The notes: generated from the sequence alone by a model not told the origin. DNA of 64,000 nucleotides from Thermoanaerobaculia bacterium (GCA_963664405.1 OY761158.1:2176001-2240000), one strand, 5' to 3'. Shown: positions 9,763-20,281, numbered from the stretch's first letter. Program-made: numbers and translations.

Positions 9763-10708
9763 TCGCCAGCTCACTGTAGATTGCTTCGATGTTCGCTCTC
9801 GCGTGCTCCATGCCGTAGTCCTTGTAGCGCTCGGGCAACTCGAGGGTCGCCGCCGCCTCCTCGACGTTCAGGCCGGCTCGAAAGGCTTTTACCGTGGCCT
9901 CGAGAAAGTCGCGATTGAAGTCGGCGTACTCTTCGAAATCTTCCCACGTCATCAACCCCGTAAATCCCCGGTTCGCCCCTCGCTCCAGGCGACCCCGTCC
10001 AGCGTAGGTCACGGGAGACGAACCGTGGCCCGTGACCACGCGCCTCACGCCCTCGATCTCCGCGACCGCCTTCGCCAAGGTGTCGGGAAAGGCGACGCCG
10101 CTGCCGCCGTTCTGCGTGTCGATGACCGGCGTCGCCTTCGAGGGAAACAGATCCCCCACGTACGCCACCCCCTTGGCGGGGAAAACGACGATGGTGTCAC
10201 CATCGGTGTGGGCGGGGCCAAAGTGGTACAGCTCGATGCGGTCAATGTCCTCGAGCAGCGAGAGCCGGTCGGCGAACGTCTTAGTGGGCAACGACGCCTT
10301 GGTGCCCGCGTAGAGGTCCATCCTGGCCATGTTCGCCTTGGTGTTCTCGTGCGCCACGACCTCGACCGGGGTCCCGAACTCGCTGTTGCTGCCGGCATGA
10401 CCTGGATGCGCATGGGTGTTGATGATGGTCGTCACCTCGAGATCGGTCACTGCCGCGAGTGCGTCCCGTACCGGCCGCCCCCAACCTGGGCGCTTGGTGT
10501 CGATCAACACCACGCCACCGTTGATCTCGTCGATGAAGGCCACCGAGTTACCACCGCCGCCAGAGAGGTGATAGAGGGTATCGAACACACCCAAGGTGTC
10601 GATCCGAACGGTCTTCGGCTCCTGCGCCTGACCGCGCGCTGCGACGGCCGTTAGTGACACCAGTGACAGAGCCACGAGCCTCACTTCTAACCACGCCCAC
10701 CGTTTCAT
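9749..10708 (-). CDS. MBL-fold metallo-hydrolase (cyclase-like), secreted
   Basis: INTHAHPGH (variant HxHxDH), AHTDGD, GDL, TGHG motifs; signal peptide from ATG 10708. Confidence 0.88.
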   Translation of the reverse strand: MKRWAWLEVRLVALSLVSLTAVAARGQAQEPKTVRIDTLGVFDTLYHLSGGGGNSVAFIDEINGGVVLIDTKRPGWGRPVRDALAAVTDLEVTTIINTHAHPGHAGSNSEFGTPVEVVAHENTKANMARMDLYAGTKASLPTKTFADRLSLLEDIDRIELYHFGPAHTDGDTIVVFPAKGVAYVGDLFPSKATPVIDTQNGGSGVAFPDTLAKAVAEIEGVRRVVTGHGSSPVTYAGRGRLERGANRGFTGLMTWEDFEEYADFNRDFLEATVKAFRAGLNVEEAAATLELPERYKDYGMEHARANIEAIYSELATSGP

Positions 10709-10789
10709 GAGAACCCTCCCCGGCAACCTCTCATCTCGCGAGGCCGGCGACGGGAAGCGAGTGTATACTGAGATGGCGAGGTGACTTTC

Positions 10790-11197
10790 ATGGGAACAAG
10801 GCTCGTCTTCGCGGTTGTCGGCTTCGGCATCCTGCTGGCTGCGGGACCCGTGCTGGCGCATCATGCGTTTTCGGCCGAATTCGACGCGAACAGGCCGCTT
10901 CAGCTACACGGCACCGTCACGAAAACGGAGTGGATAAACCCCCACTCGTGGATTCACATCGATGTGGAAGGCCCAGACGGCCAGGCGGTGAGTTGGGCCA
11001 TTGAATTGGGCGCCCCGAACCGGTTGATTAGGCGGGGCCTGAGCAAGAATTCGGTCCCGGTTGGCACGGAACTGGTCATCAATGGCTTTGCTGCCAAGGA
11101 CGGATCCAACACAGCGAACGGCAGGGACATCGCGTTGCCCGATGGGTCAACGTTCTTTGTGGGGTCGTCTGGCACTGGCGCTCCCGATGGGCGATAA
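10790..11197 (+). CDS. DUF6152 family protein
   Basis: AHHAFSAEFD...WINPHSWI signature after a signal peptide. Confidence 0.85.
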   Translation: MGTRLVFAVVGFGILLAAGPVLAHHAFSAEFDANRPLQLHGTVTKTEWINPHSWIHIDVEGPDGQAVSWAIELGAPNRLIRRGLSKNSVPVGTELVINGFAAKDGSNTANGRDIALPDGSTFFVGSSGTGAPDGR

Positions 11198-11225
11198 GCA
11201 GGGTTGGGATCGCTGAAGGGGTTCG

Positions 11226-13379
11226 TTGGGGGTGAGACGGCACACACGGGTCCTGGTGGCCGCGACGCTGACGGTCACGTGGCTCTCGGCGGCGGCGGTC
11301 GAGGCGCAGCAGGGCGCGGTCGGCGGCGAGTGGCGCCACTACGCCGGCGACATGTGGGGCACGAAGTACTCGCCGCTGGATCAGATCACCGCGGAGAACT
11401 TCGGCGAGCTCGAGGTGGCCTGGCGCTGGCGCATCGCCGACCTCCTTCTCCCGTTCGAGGATGAGCACGGGATCTCGCTCATCCCTTCCGAGACGCTCTT
11501 CGACCGGCTCGAGGCGGCCGAGCCGGACCGCTGGAACGACCCGTTCAACCTGCCCCCGCAGCGCCCGGATATCGCATTGCAGTCAAACCTCTTCGAGGCG
11601 GTCCCGCTCATGGTCGACGGCGTGCTGTATCTGAGCACCCCGCTCTATCAGGCGGCGGCGGTCGATGCCCGCACGGGTGAGACGCTCTGGATCTACAACC
11701 CGCGAGTCTACGAGGCCCGCCCGGCGGCTCCTGCGCCCTGGATGCACCGCGGGGTGGCCTACTGGGAGAACGGGGGCGAGGCGCGGATCTTCTGGGGCAC
11801 GGGCAACGGCTATCTGACGGCCGTGGATGCGAAGACCGGGCTGCTCGCCACCGGGTTCGGCGACAACGGGCGCGTCAGTCTGGAGGACGGCCTGCCGCGG
11901 GCTCGCGACAACCCCACCGGGCTGCCTTACCCGTCGCGGTCAGCTCCGCTGATCGTGGGTGACACGATCATCATCGGCGCACCCTCGACCATCCACGACT
12001 TAGTCGTCACGAAGGAGAACACGCCGGGGTTCGTGCGCGCCTACGACGCGCGCACCGGGCGGCACAAGTGGGACTTCCACAACGTGCCGCAGAGCGCCGA
12101 CGAGTTCGGGGCCGACACCTGGCAGGACGAGTCGTGGCGCTACTCGGGCCACACGAATGCCTGGGGGAACCTTACGGCGGACCCCGAGCTCGGCTACGTC
12201 TATCTGCCGACGAGCACGCCGACCTCCGACTTCTATGGCGGCGAGCGGGTCGGCGACAACCTTTTTGCGGAGAGTCTGGTTTGTGTGGACGTGGAGACGG
12301 GCGAGCGAGTCTGGCACTTCCAGATGGTGCATCACGGCCTGTGGAACTACGACACCCCGGCGGGTCCGAACCTGCTCGACATCACCGTTGACGGCCGCCG
12401 AGTGAAGGCGGCCGCCCAGGTGACCAAGCAGGGGTTCGTCTACACCTTCGACCGCGTGACTGGCGAACCGGTCTGGCCGATCGAAGAGCGGTCGGTGCCG
12501 ACGGACACCGACCTGGAGGGAGAGGTGCCGTCACCGACCCAGCCGTTCCCGACCAAACCGGCGCCCTTCGAGTATCAGGGCACCTCGATCGACGACCTGG
12601 TCGATTTCACCCCCGAGATCCGCCAGATGGCGGTCGAGGCGGTGAAGGGGTTCCGGCTCGGCCCGCTGTACACCCCGCACTCGCTGCGCGGCACGATCGT
12701 CCGTCCGGGCGCCTTGGGCGCTGCCAGCTGGGGAGGCGCGGCGGTAGACCCGGAGACGGGCATCCTCTACGTGCCGTCGAAGAACGCGCACGCTGTCTGG
12801 CGCTTTCGCGAGCCCGAGCCGGAGGAGGGGTCGAACTTGCGATACCTCCTCGGCGGGGGCGCGTTTCTAGAGGGGGGGAACCCCCGGCACCAGCCGCCGA
12901 TGCCACCGGGGCTGCCGCTCTGGAAGCCGCCCTATTCGCGGATGACGGCCATCGACATGAACACGGGCGAGCACCTCTGGATGACGCCGACCGGCAACGG
13001 CGACCCGATTCGCGACCACCCCCTGCTGCGCCATCTCGATCTGCCGCCATTGGGAGGTGAGGTCGACAATTTCGGGCCGCTCTTGACGAAGACGCTGCTC
13101 ATTTACGCGTTGTCTTCCGGTGGGACCGACGATGGTCCCCAACTGGTGGCCTACGACAAGGGGTCGGGAGAAGTCCTTGCCGCGGTCGACCTGCCTGGAG
13201 GCGCAATCGGGACGCCGAGGACCTACACGCTGAACATTGGAGCGGCTCGTGGCGAAGCTCGAGACGTGGGGGGCGCAGCCGGGACGCCGATGACCTACAT
13301 GCTGGACGGCCGGCAATACTTAGCACTCACCGTCGGCGGAGAGACGCCGGCATTGATCGCGCTCAGGCTGCCCCGCTGA
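11226..13379 (+). CDS. PQQ-dependent dehydrogenase (glucose/quinate dehydrogenase-like), copy 1
   Basis: KYSPLDQIT, HHGLWNYD, TKQG, SPTQPFP, PMTYMLDGRQY motifs. Confidence 0.9.
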   Translation: MGVRRHTRVLVAATLTVTWLSAAAVEAQQGAVGGEWRHYAGDMWGTKYSPLDQITAENFGELEVAWRWRIADLLLPFEDEHGISLIPSETLFDRLEAAEPDRWNDPFNLPPQRPDIALQSNLFEAVPLMVDGVLYLSTPLYQAAAVDARTGETLWIYNPRVYEARPAAPAPWMHRGVAYWENGGEARIFWGTGNGYLTAVDAKTGLLATGFGDNGRVSLEDGLPRARDNPTGLPYPSRSAPLIVGDTIIIGAPSTIHDLVVTKENTPGFVRAYDARTGRHKWDFHNVPQSADEFGADTWQDESWRYSGHTNAWGNLTADPELGYVYLPTSTPTSDFYGGERVGDNLFAESLVCVDVETGERVWHFQMVHHGLWNYDTPAGPNLLDITVDGRRVKAAAQVTKQGFVYTFDRVTGEPVWPIEERSVPTDTDLEGEVPSPTQPFPTKPAPFEYQGTSIDDLVDFTPEIRQMAVEAVKGFRLGPLYTPHSLRGTIVRPGALGAASWGGAAVDPETGILYVPSKNAHAVWRFREPEPEEGSNLRYLLGGGAFLEGGNPRHQPPMPPGLPLWKPPYSRMTAIDMNTGEHLWMTPTGNGDPIRDHPLLRHLDLPPLGGEVDNFGPLLTKTLLIYALSSGGTDDGPQLVAYDKGSGEVLAAVDLPGGAIGTPRTYTLNIGAARGEARDVGGAAGTPMTYMLDGRQYLALTVGGETPALIALRLPR

Positions 13380-13487
13380 ATGGGTTCGTTCAATCTCACC
13401 ATAGTCCGTCTGGACGCCGGGATGCTGCCGGATTTGTTAGCCTGTGACCGGAGCACGTCCACTGAAAGGAAAAAGGAGGGCTTGGGG

Positions 13488-15641
13488 ATGAGAGCGCACA
13501 CACGGGTCCTGGTGGCCGTGACGCTCACGCTCACGTGGCTCTCGGCGGCGGCGGTCGAGGCGCAGCAGGGCGCGGTCGGCGGCGAGTGGCGCCACTACGC
13601 CGGCGACATGTGGGGCACGAAGTACTCGCCGCTCGATCAAATCACCGCGGAGAACTTCGGCGAGCTCGAGGTGGCCTGGCGCTGGCGCATCGCCGACTTC
13701 CTTCTCCCGTTCGAGGATGAGCACGGGATCTCGCTCATCCAATCCGAGACGCTCTTCGACCGGCTCGAGGCGGCCGAGCCGGGCCGCTGGAACGACCCGT
13801 TCAACTCGGCCCCGCAGCGCCCGGATATCGCATTGCAGTCAAACTTCTTCGAGGCGGTCCCGCTCATGGTCGACGGCGTGCTGTATCTGAGCACCCCGCT
13901 CTATCAGGCGGCAGCGATCGATGCCCGCACGGGTGAGACGCTCTGGGTCTACAACCCGCGAGCCTACGAGGCCCGCCCGCCGAGCCCTTCGCCCTGGAAA
14001 CACCGCGGGGTGGCCTACTGGGAGAACGGGGGCGAGGCGCGGATCTTCTGGGGTACGGGCAACGGCTATCTGACGGCCGTCGACGCCAAGACCGGGCTGC
14101 TCGCCACCGGGTTCGGCGACAACGGGCGCGTCAGTCTGGAGGAGGGCCTGCCGCGGGCTCGCGACAACCCCAGCGGGCTGCCTTACCCGTCGTGGTCAGC
14201 TCCTCTCGTCGTGGGTGACACGATCATCATCGGCGCACCCTCGACCATCCACGACTTTGTCGTCACCAAGGAGAGCACGCCGGGGTTCGTGCGCGCCTAC
14301 GACGCGCGCACCGGGCGGCACAAGTGGGACTTCCACAACGTGCCGCAGAGCGCCGACGAGTTCGGGGCCGACACCTGGCAGAACGAGTCGTGGCGCTACT
14401 CGGGCCACACGAATGCCTGGGGGAACCTTACGGCGGACCCCGAGCTCGGCTACGTCTATCTGCCGACGAGCACGCCGACCTCCGACTTCTATGGCGGCGA
14501 GCGGGTCGGCGACAACCTTTTTGCGGAGAGTCTGGTTTGTGTGGACGTGGAGACGGGCGAGCGCGTCTGGCACTTCCAGATGGTGCATCACGGCCTGTGG
14601 AACTACGACACCCCGGCGGGTCCGAACCTGCTCGACATCACCGTTGACGGCCGCCGAGTGAAGGCGGCCGCCCAGGTGACCAAGCAGGGGTTCGTCTACA
14701 CCTTCGACCGCGTGACTGGCGAACCGGTCTGGCCGATCGAAGAGCGGCCGGTGCCGACGGACACCGACCTGGAGGGAGAGGTGCCGTCACCGACCCAGCC
14801 GTTCCCCACCAAGCCGGCGCCCCTCGAGTATCAGGGCACCTCGATCGACGACCTGGTCGATTTCACCCCCGAGATCCGCCAGATGGCGGTCGAGGCGGTG
14901 AAGGGGTTCCGGCTCGGCCCGCTGTACACCCCGCACTCGCTGCGCGGCACGATCGTCCGTCCGGGCGGCTTGGGCGCCGCCAGCTGGGGAGGCGCGGCGG
15001 TAGACCCGGAGACGGGCATCCTCTACGTGCCGTCGAAGAACGTGCACTCCGTCGTGCGGTTTCGCGAGCCCGAGCCGGAGGAGGGGTCGAACTTGCGATA
15101 CCTCGCCAGCGGGGGCGACGAGCGGTTCCTGGAGGGGGGAAACCCTCGGCACCAGCCGCCGATGCCACCGGGGCTGCCGCTCTGGAAGCCGCCCTATTCG
15201 CGGATGACGGCCATCGACATGAACACGGGCGAGCACCTCTGGATGACGCCGACCGGCAACGGCGACCCGATTCGCAACCACCCCCTGCTGCGCCATCTCG
15301 ATCTGCCGCCATTGGGAGGTGAGGTCGACAATTTCGGGCCGCTCTTGACGAAGACGCTGCTCATTTACGCGTTGTCTTCCGGTGGAACCGACGATGGTCC
15401 CCAACTGGTGGCCTACGACAAGGGGTCGGGAGAAGTCCTTGCCGCGGTCGACCTGCCTGGAGGCGCAATCGGGACACCGAGGACCTTCACGCTGAACATG
15501 GCGGCGGCTCGTTTCGAAAGTCGAGACGTGGGGGGTGCAGCCGGGACGCCGATGACCTACATGCTGGACGGCCGGCAATACTTAGCACTCACCGTCGGCG
15601 GAGAGACGCCGGCATTGATCGCGCTCAGGCTGCCCTACTAG
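13488..15641 (+). CDS. PQQ-dependent dehydrogenase, tandem copy 2
   Basis: Near-identical to copy 1; AAGGAGG RBS before ATG 13488. Confidence 0.9.
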   Translation: MRAHTRVLVAVTLTLTWLSAAAVEAQQGAVGGEWRHYAGDMWGTKYSPLDQITAENFGELEVAWRWRIADFLLPFEDEHGISLIQSETLFDRLEAAEPGRWNDPFNSAPQRPDIALQSNFFEAVPLMVDGVLYLSTPLYQAAAIDARTGETLWVYNPRAYEARPPSPSPWKHRGVAYWENGGEARIFWGTGNGYLTAVDAKTGLLATGFGDNGRVSLEEGLPRARDNPSGLPYPSWSAPLVVGDTIIIGAPSTIHDFVVTKESTPGFVRAYDARTGRHKWDFHNVPQSADEFGADTWQNESWRYSGHTNAWGNLTADPELGYVYLPTSTPTSDFYGGERVGDNLFAESLVCVDVETGERVWHFQMVHHGLWNYDTPAGPNLLDITVDGRRVKAAAQVTKQGFVYTFDRVTGEPVWPIEERPVPTDTDLEGEVPSPTQPFPTKPAPLEYQGTSIDDLVDFTPEIRQMAVEAVKGFRLGPLYTPHSLRGTIVRPGGLGAASWGGAAVDPETGILYVPSKNVHSVVRFREPEPEEGSNLRYLASGGDERFLEGGNPRHQPPMPPGLPLWKPPYSRMTAIDMNTGEHLWMTPTGNGDPIRNHPLLRHLDLPPLGGEVDNFGPLLTKTLLIYALSSGGTDDGPQLVAYDKGSGEVLAAVDLPGGAIGTPRTFTLNMAAARFESRDVGGAAGTPMTYMLDGRQYLALTVGGETPALIALRLPY

Positions 15642-15701
15642 GTATCTCCAATAGCTCACATTCGTGACGTATGAATCAAGTTTTACTCGAAGCGAGATCG
15701 T

Positions 15702-15832
15702 GCCGGGCGTTCAGGGTGCCCCAGATCGCCGCAGCGCAGGAGCGAGGTGACGCAGGCGTACTTTCGCGTACGTCGGAGGAGCCGAGCGACGAGCACGCGG
15801 TGAGGTGGGGTGCCCTGGACGCCCGGCCCTAG
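15702..15832. repeat. Palindromic miniature element, family B
   Basis: Arms GCCGGGCGTTCAGGGTGCCCCA / TGGGGTGCCCTGGACGCCCGGC; further copies at 44405-44529, 49327-49386 (partial) and 46835-46870 (degenerate). Confidence 0.75.
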
Positions 15833-15855
15833 TCAACCAGAGAAAGGTGGACAAC

Positions 15856-16998
15856 ATGCGTAAACTCCGATCGATCTTGGCGAGCCGAGGCTGGCTGGCG
15901 CTCCTGTCCCTACCGCTGGTGGCTCTCGTGGCCTGTGGCGGTGGCGCTCCGGCGGTGGAGGAGGAGATGGGCGCGATGGATGACGGGAAGATGAGCGACT
16001 GGGTGGATCGGCCGCCGCTGCCGAATCCGACCGGCGAGGTGATCTTGAACTGGGCGCCGTTCCCCGACGGGCGGGTCTGGGGTTCGACCGCGGGCATCGA
16101 TATCGGTCCCGACGGGCACGTCTGGGCCTATGACCGGTGCGGTGGCGGTCTGGACGGTGGGTGCGAGTCCAACCCGGAGCTCGATCCGATCTTCAAATTC
16201 GACAGGAACACGGGTGAGATCCTGACCAGCTTCGGGGCCGGACTGTTCGTAACACCGCACGGTTTCCACGTGGACAGCGACGGCAACGTATGGGCGACCG
16301 ACTTCGCAGGCAACGAGGCCGGGACCAAGGGGCATCAGGTGATCAAGTTCAGCCCGGAGGGCGAGGTCCTGCTGCGACTCGGCGAGGCGGGGGTGCCCGG
16401 AAGCGGCCCTGGCCAGCTCAACCAGCCGTGCGACGTCATTACGGCGCCCAACGGCGACATCTTCGTGTCTGACGGACATAGCGGCCAGGCGCCCGATCCG
16501 CCTCCGGGCGCGACCGGACGGATCCTCAAGTTCGACAGCGAGGGCGGCTTCATCAAGGAGTGGGGTGAAATCGGCTTCCGGCCCGGTCAGTTTCGCACGC
16601 CGCACGCACTGGAGTTCGACTCGCAGGGCCGTCTGTATGTCGCGGACCGTGGCAATGACCGGATCCAAATCTTCGACCAGGACGGCAACCTCCTCGACAC
16701 CTACATGCAGTACAGCCGGATCAGTGGCCTGTTCATAACCGCCGACGACACGCTCTATGCGATCGCTTCGGACTCGGGCCCAAACAGCCACCCCGGCTGG
16801 AAGAACGGTGTGCGGATCGGACCGGCCGGGGAGGACCGGCTGACCGGCTTCGTGCCGCCGCACCCTCACGACGTTCACGTGCAAGGGGTCGCCGGTGAGG
16901 GTGTCGCCGTGGATGAGGTCGGCAACATCTATGCGGCGGAAGGGCCGGACTCCCGTCCCACCGCCGGCGGCGGCATCACGAAATACGTCGCGAACTAG
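15856..16998 (+). CDS. NHL-repeat (peptidyl-alpha-hydroxyglycine alpha-amidating lyase-like) lipoprotein
   Basis: LVAC lipobox; PHG, DGH, FRTPHAL, ADRGNDRIQIF NHL motifs. Confidence 0.85.
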   Translation: MRKLRSILASRGWLALLSLPLVALVACGGGAPAVEEEMGAMDDGKMSDWVDRPPLPNPTGEVILNWAPFPDGRVWGSTAGIDIGPDGHVWAYDRCGGGLDGGCESNPELDPIFKFDRNTGEILTSFGAGLFVTPHGFHVDSDGNVWATDFAGNEAGTKGHQVIKFSPEGEVLLRLGEAGVPGSGPGQLNQPCDVITAPNGDIFVSDGHSGQAPDPPPGATGRILKFDSEGGFIKEWGEIGFRPGQFRTPHALEFDSQGRLYVADRGNDRIQIFDQDGNLLDTYMQYSRISGLFITADDTLYAIASDSGPNSHPGWKNGVRIGPAGEDRLTGFVPPHPHDVHVQGVAGEGVAVDEVGNIYAAEGPDSRPTAGGGITKYVAN

Positions 16999-17007
16999 GC
17001 CGTCCCG

Positions 17008-17961
17008 TCACTTCGCATCAACGTCAACGCCGGTCATGAGCCTGAGGTTACGACCATTGCCCTCGTGACACGCGTACTCCAACAGTTCGTGATCCTCGGG
17101 AGCCCGCATGAACGCGTCGAGCGCGATCGTCCAGGGTCTTGTAAACACTTTCGGATCGTCGATTGTGGCCTCGTAGTGGATCGTATCGGCGTCGGTCAGC
17201 GTGAAGCGTTCCACCACGTGCAAGGCGTCGCTATGGAAGACGCCGTGACCCGTCGAGAGGGCGCTTGCAGGCGCGCCCTCCGGGGCTACCCCACGCGCAA
17301 TCACCCAGGTGTTCTCGGTGAAGTTCGTGACGTCGACGACCAGCGTTTCGCCTTCCCAGTGGCCACGCGAATCACCCAACCCCAGGCGTATCTCCGAGCT
17401 GACATGCGGACGCCCATCCAGGGGAATGTAGCGGTACTCGTGGTTCGCCTCGTAGAGGATCACCACGTACCCAGGCACCTGCAGAATCTGATACGTGTTG
17501 AACCCCCACGGCAGATTCGCGCGCGGTAGCCCGGCCGACAGACACTTCACTCGCGGATCGAGGTGCGCGAGCTTGTCTTGGTTGGCCATGATCTCTTCCC
17601 GTTTCGCCGCCGCCCACGGTTGCAACGGAATCTTCCCGTCCGGGGGATCCACGACCAGCGGCGTTTCAATGGCAGCGGGCAGCGGTGGAGCATCCGGGTC
17701 TGGTTCGAAAAGGCTCGCAGGGGGGGCATCGATAGTGGCACCTTCCGGACGCCACAGTTCGTCCACCGGCGTTTCCACCGGCTGGGCCGCGCCGCGGTCC
17801 CAGGGACCTCGCAAGTCCGGGTCGCCCCACGGTGTGCGTGGAGACGTATAGGCCTCGCCTTGGGCGGCTTCGCCGGAGGCTTCAGCGACGACAAGCGGCA
17901 CTAGCGCCGCGAACGCCACGGCGGTGAGGAGACCGAGCGGAGCGAAGGACCGACGTATCAC
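17008..17961 (-). CDS. Secreted conserved hypothetical protein
   Basis: TPWGDPDL, GDSRGHWEGETLVVD, HSDALHVVERFT, EYACHEGN motifs. Confidence 0.85.
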   Translation of the reverse strand: MIRRSFAPLGLLTAVAFAALVPLVVAEASGEAAQGEAYTSPRTPWGDPDLRGPWDRGAAQPVETPVDELWRPEGATIDAPPASLFEPDPDAPPLPAAIETPLVVDPPDGKIPLQPWAAAKREEIMANQDKLAHLDPRVKCLSAGLPRANLPWGFNTYQILQVPGYVVILYEANHEYRYIPLDGRPHVSSEIRLGLGDSRGHWEGETLVVDVTNFTENTWVIARGVAPEGAPASALSTGHGVFHSDALHVVERFTLTDADTIHYEATIDDPKVFTRPWTIALDAFMRAPEDHELLEYACHEGNGRNLRLMTGVDVDAK

Positions 17962-18711
17962 CTACTGACCCTCCAGCGATTGCAGGATGAAATCGACGCA
18001 GTCGTACTCCAGGAGCTGAAGTCCCTGTTCCACGCGCCGATACAGCGGCATCCTCATCTTCCAGGGGCGCGTGAACACTTTCGGATCCTCGATGGTGACC
18101 TCGTACTCGATGTGGTACGGGCTGGTGGGCGTGAAGCGTTCAACCACATGCAAGGCATCGCTATGGAAATTCCCCGCCGCGTCGAACCACGTCCGGTCGA
18201 TGAAATGGGTGGTGTCGACGACCAAGGTGTCTCCCTCCCAATGGCCGCGGGAGTCGCCCATCCAGAAATCATTCGGCAGCGGATGTGGGCTGCCATTCGT
18301 GTAGATGATCCGAACCGCGTGGGCGAACTCGTAGGTCATCACCACCTGGTCCGGCGTCTGAAGGATCTGAAATGGGAACGGCATGTAGGTGATACGCGGG
18401 ACACCTGGTAGATAGCACTTGCGAACCGGGTCGGCGGTGAGCCGATTCTCGTAGTTTTCCTGTTTTCGCGCCTCCGCCCAGGGCTGATACGGGATGTCGT
18501 TGCCCTCCACCACGCTCAGACCGGCGGGAACACCGTCCTGCGCATTGTGGTGCTGAAGGTCCCACGCGGCCGTCGTGAGGACCTGCCAGATCCCGCTCAG
18601 GTCGGGTCTGTCGTCGCTCGTGCGCGGTCCTTCGTAGCCTGACGCCGGGGCCGCTAGTGACACCAGTGACAGAGCCACGAGCCTCACTTCTAACCTCACC
18701 CACCGTTTCAT
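17962..18711 (-). CDS. Secreted conserved hypothetical protein, same family as 17008-17961
   Basis: PDLSGIW, CYLPGVPR, GDSRGHWEGDTLVVD; ATG 18711 with signal peptide. Confidence 0.85.
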   Translation of the reverse strand: MKRWVRLEVRLVALSLVSLAAPASGYEGPRTSDDRPDLSGIWQVLTTAAWDLQHHNAQDGVPAGLSVVEGNDIPYQPWAEARKQENYENRLTADPVRKCYLPGVPRITYMPFPFQILQTPDQVVMTYEFAHAVRIIYTNGSPHPLPNDFWMGDSRGHWEGDTLVVDTTHFIDRTWFDAAGNFHSDALHVVERFTPTSPYHIEYEVTIEDPKVFTRPWKMRMPLYRRVEQGLQLLEYDCVDFILQSLEGQ

Positions 18712-18758
18712 GAGATACCTCCCCGACGGGAGAGGAGTGTACACTGCGATTTGCCGAC

Positions 18759-20204
18759 ATGAATCAAACAGAACGAAATCTGAGCTTCGCGATCGCATTG
18801 GCAGTTGTGGGAATCGCGGGCTGCGCTGCTGAGGAGGAAGAAGCGTTAGCACCCCCCGACGTTGTCGTGATCGTGGCGGATGACCTTGGCTTCGGTGACG
18901 TGGGTTACAACGGAAGCGAGATCCGAACGCCGCAGATTGACGCGCTCGCAAGGGAAGGAGTGACCTTCGATCGTTTCTACGTCCACCCGATTTGTTCTCC
19001 GACGCGCGCCGCGTTGATGACGGGTCGCTCGCCACTAAACACGGGAGTCCTGAGGGCGCTCGAGCCTTGGTTCGACACCGGACTACCGCTCGAGGAGAAG
19101 CTCCTGCCGGAGTATTTCCAGGACGCCGGCTACCAGACCTTCGCGGTCGGCAAGTGGCACCTCGGACCGAACAAGAAGCCGTACCATCCGCAGAACCGCG
19201 GCTTCGATCATTTCTATGGCGGATTGGCCGGCTTCATGAACTACTACCAGCACACGGTTTGGGGCGCGGTCGATTGGCAGCGCAACGGGTCGACCGTGAT
19301 GGAAGAGGGCTACGCCACGCACCTACAGACCCAAGAGGCCGTCCGCCTGATCGGCGAGAGCGATCCAGAGAGACCGATCTTTCTCTACCTGTCTTACAAC
19401 GCGCCTCATTCGCCTCTGCAGGCGCCGCAAGAAGCGATCGATGCGTACTCCGGGATCGAGGATGAGCATCGCAGGATCTTTGCGGCGATGGTGACGGAAG
19501 TGGACTCCGGGATCGGCGAGCTCCGGGCGGCACTCGGCGAAGCCGGGCGTTCTGAGAACACACTCATCTTCTTCATGAGCGACAACGGAGGTTTGGAGAG
19601 TGTCGGGGCAGACAACGGCCCGCTGCGGGGTGGGAAATTCACCGGGTGGGAGGGAGGTATCCGCGTTCCGGCCCTGTTACACTGGCCGGCCGAAGTGCCG
19701 GGAGGATCATCTATTGCCGAGGCCACGTCGGTGGAAGACATGTTGCCGACGCTGCTGGCCGCCACAGGAATTTCGGCGGAGTCGCCAAAGTCGCTGGATG
19801 GTCGAAATCTTTGGCCCGCGCTCCGCGGCGAAGCCGAGCTCAGCGATAGCCCGTTCCTCCAGATCTGGAGCGGGCCCCCGCAACAGGACTACTATTTTGG
19901 CTACCTAAATGGCGAGTGGAAACTGGTCCAAATGCCGAACCCGGAAACTCAGGAATTCGAGCGGCAGCTCTTCAACATCGTCCAGGACCCGACCGAGTCG
20001 ACCGATCTGGCGGCGGACAACCCGGAGATCCTAGAACGGCTCGTCGGTGCATTCGAGGCGCTTCCGAAAGTGGAAACGCACGGCAGAGACGCAGCCCCTG
20101 GGCCGGTGAGAGGCGCTCCGGGCGCCCCCACGCATCCTCTGCCTGACGAGACACCGCCAACCAAGACGCCGTACGCCGAAGCCGAGTGGACCAGCGTTCC
20201 TTAG
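18759..20204 (+). CDS. Arylsulfatase (S1, Cys-type), lipoprotein
   Basis: ADDLG, CSPTR, GKWHLG, SDNGG motifs; IAGC lipobox. Confidence 0.92.
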   Translation: MNQTERNLSFAIALAVVGIAGCAAEEEEALAPPDVVVIVADDLGFGDVGYNGSEIRTPQIDALAREGVTFDRFYVHPICSPTRAALMTGRSPLNTGVLRALEPWFDTGLPLEEKLLPEYFQDAGYQTFAVGKWHLGPNKKPYHPQNRGFDHFYGGLAGFMNYYQHTVWGAVDWQRNGSTVMEEGYATHLQTQEAVRLIGESDPERPIFLYLSYNAPHSPLQAPQEAIDAYSGIEDEHRRIFAAMVTEVDSGIGELRAALGEAGRSENTLIFFMSDNGGLESVGADNGPLRGGKFTGWEGGIRVPALLHWPAEVPGGSSIAEATSVEDMLPTLLAATGISAESPKSLDGRNLWPALRGEAELSDSPFLQIWSGPPQQDYYFGYLNGEWKLVQMPNPETQEFERQLFNIVQDPTESTDLAADNPEILERLVGAFEALPKVETHGRDAAPGPVRGAPGAPTHPLPDETPPTKTPYAEAEWTSVP

Positions 20205-20281
20205 GCCGACTGGCTTCAAGGGGCAGCGATGTGGCAAGCTAGCGAATGATGTCCCGGAAAACTCAGCAGGAGGTGTCCACA

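Noticed and set aside
11226-15641. PQQ enzymes as lanthanide-dependent XoxF/ExaF alcohol dehydrogenases
   Set aside because: No vicinal Cys-Cys, the motif is WNYD, and the sequence resembles the glucose/quinate dehydrogenase group
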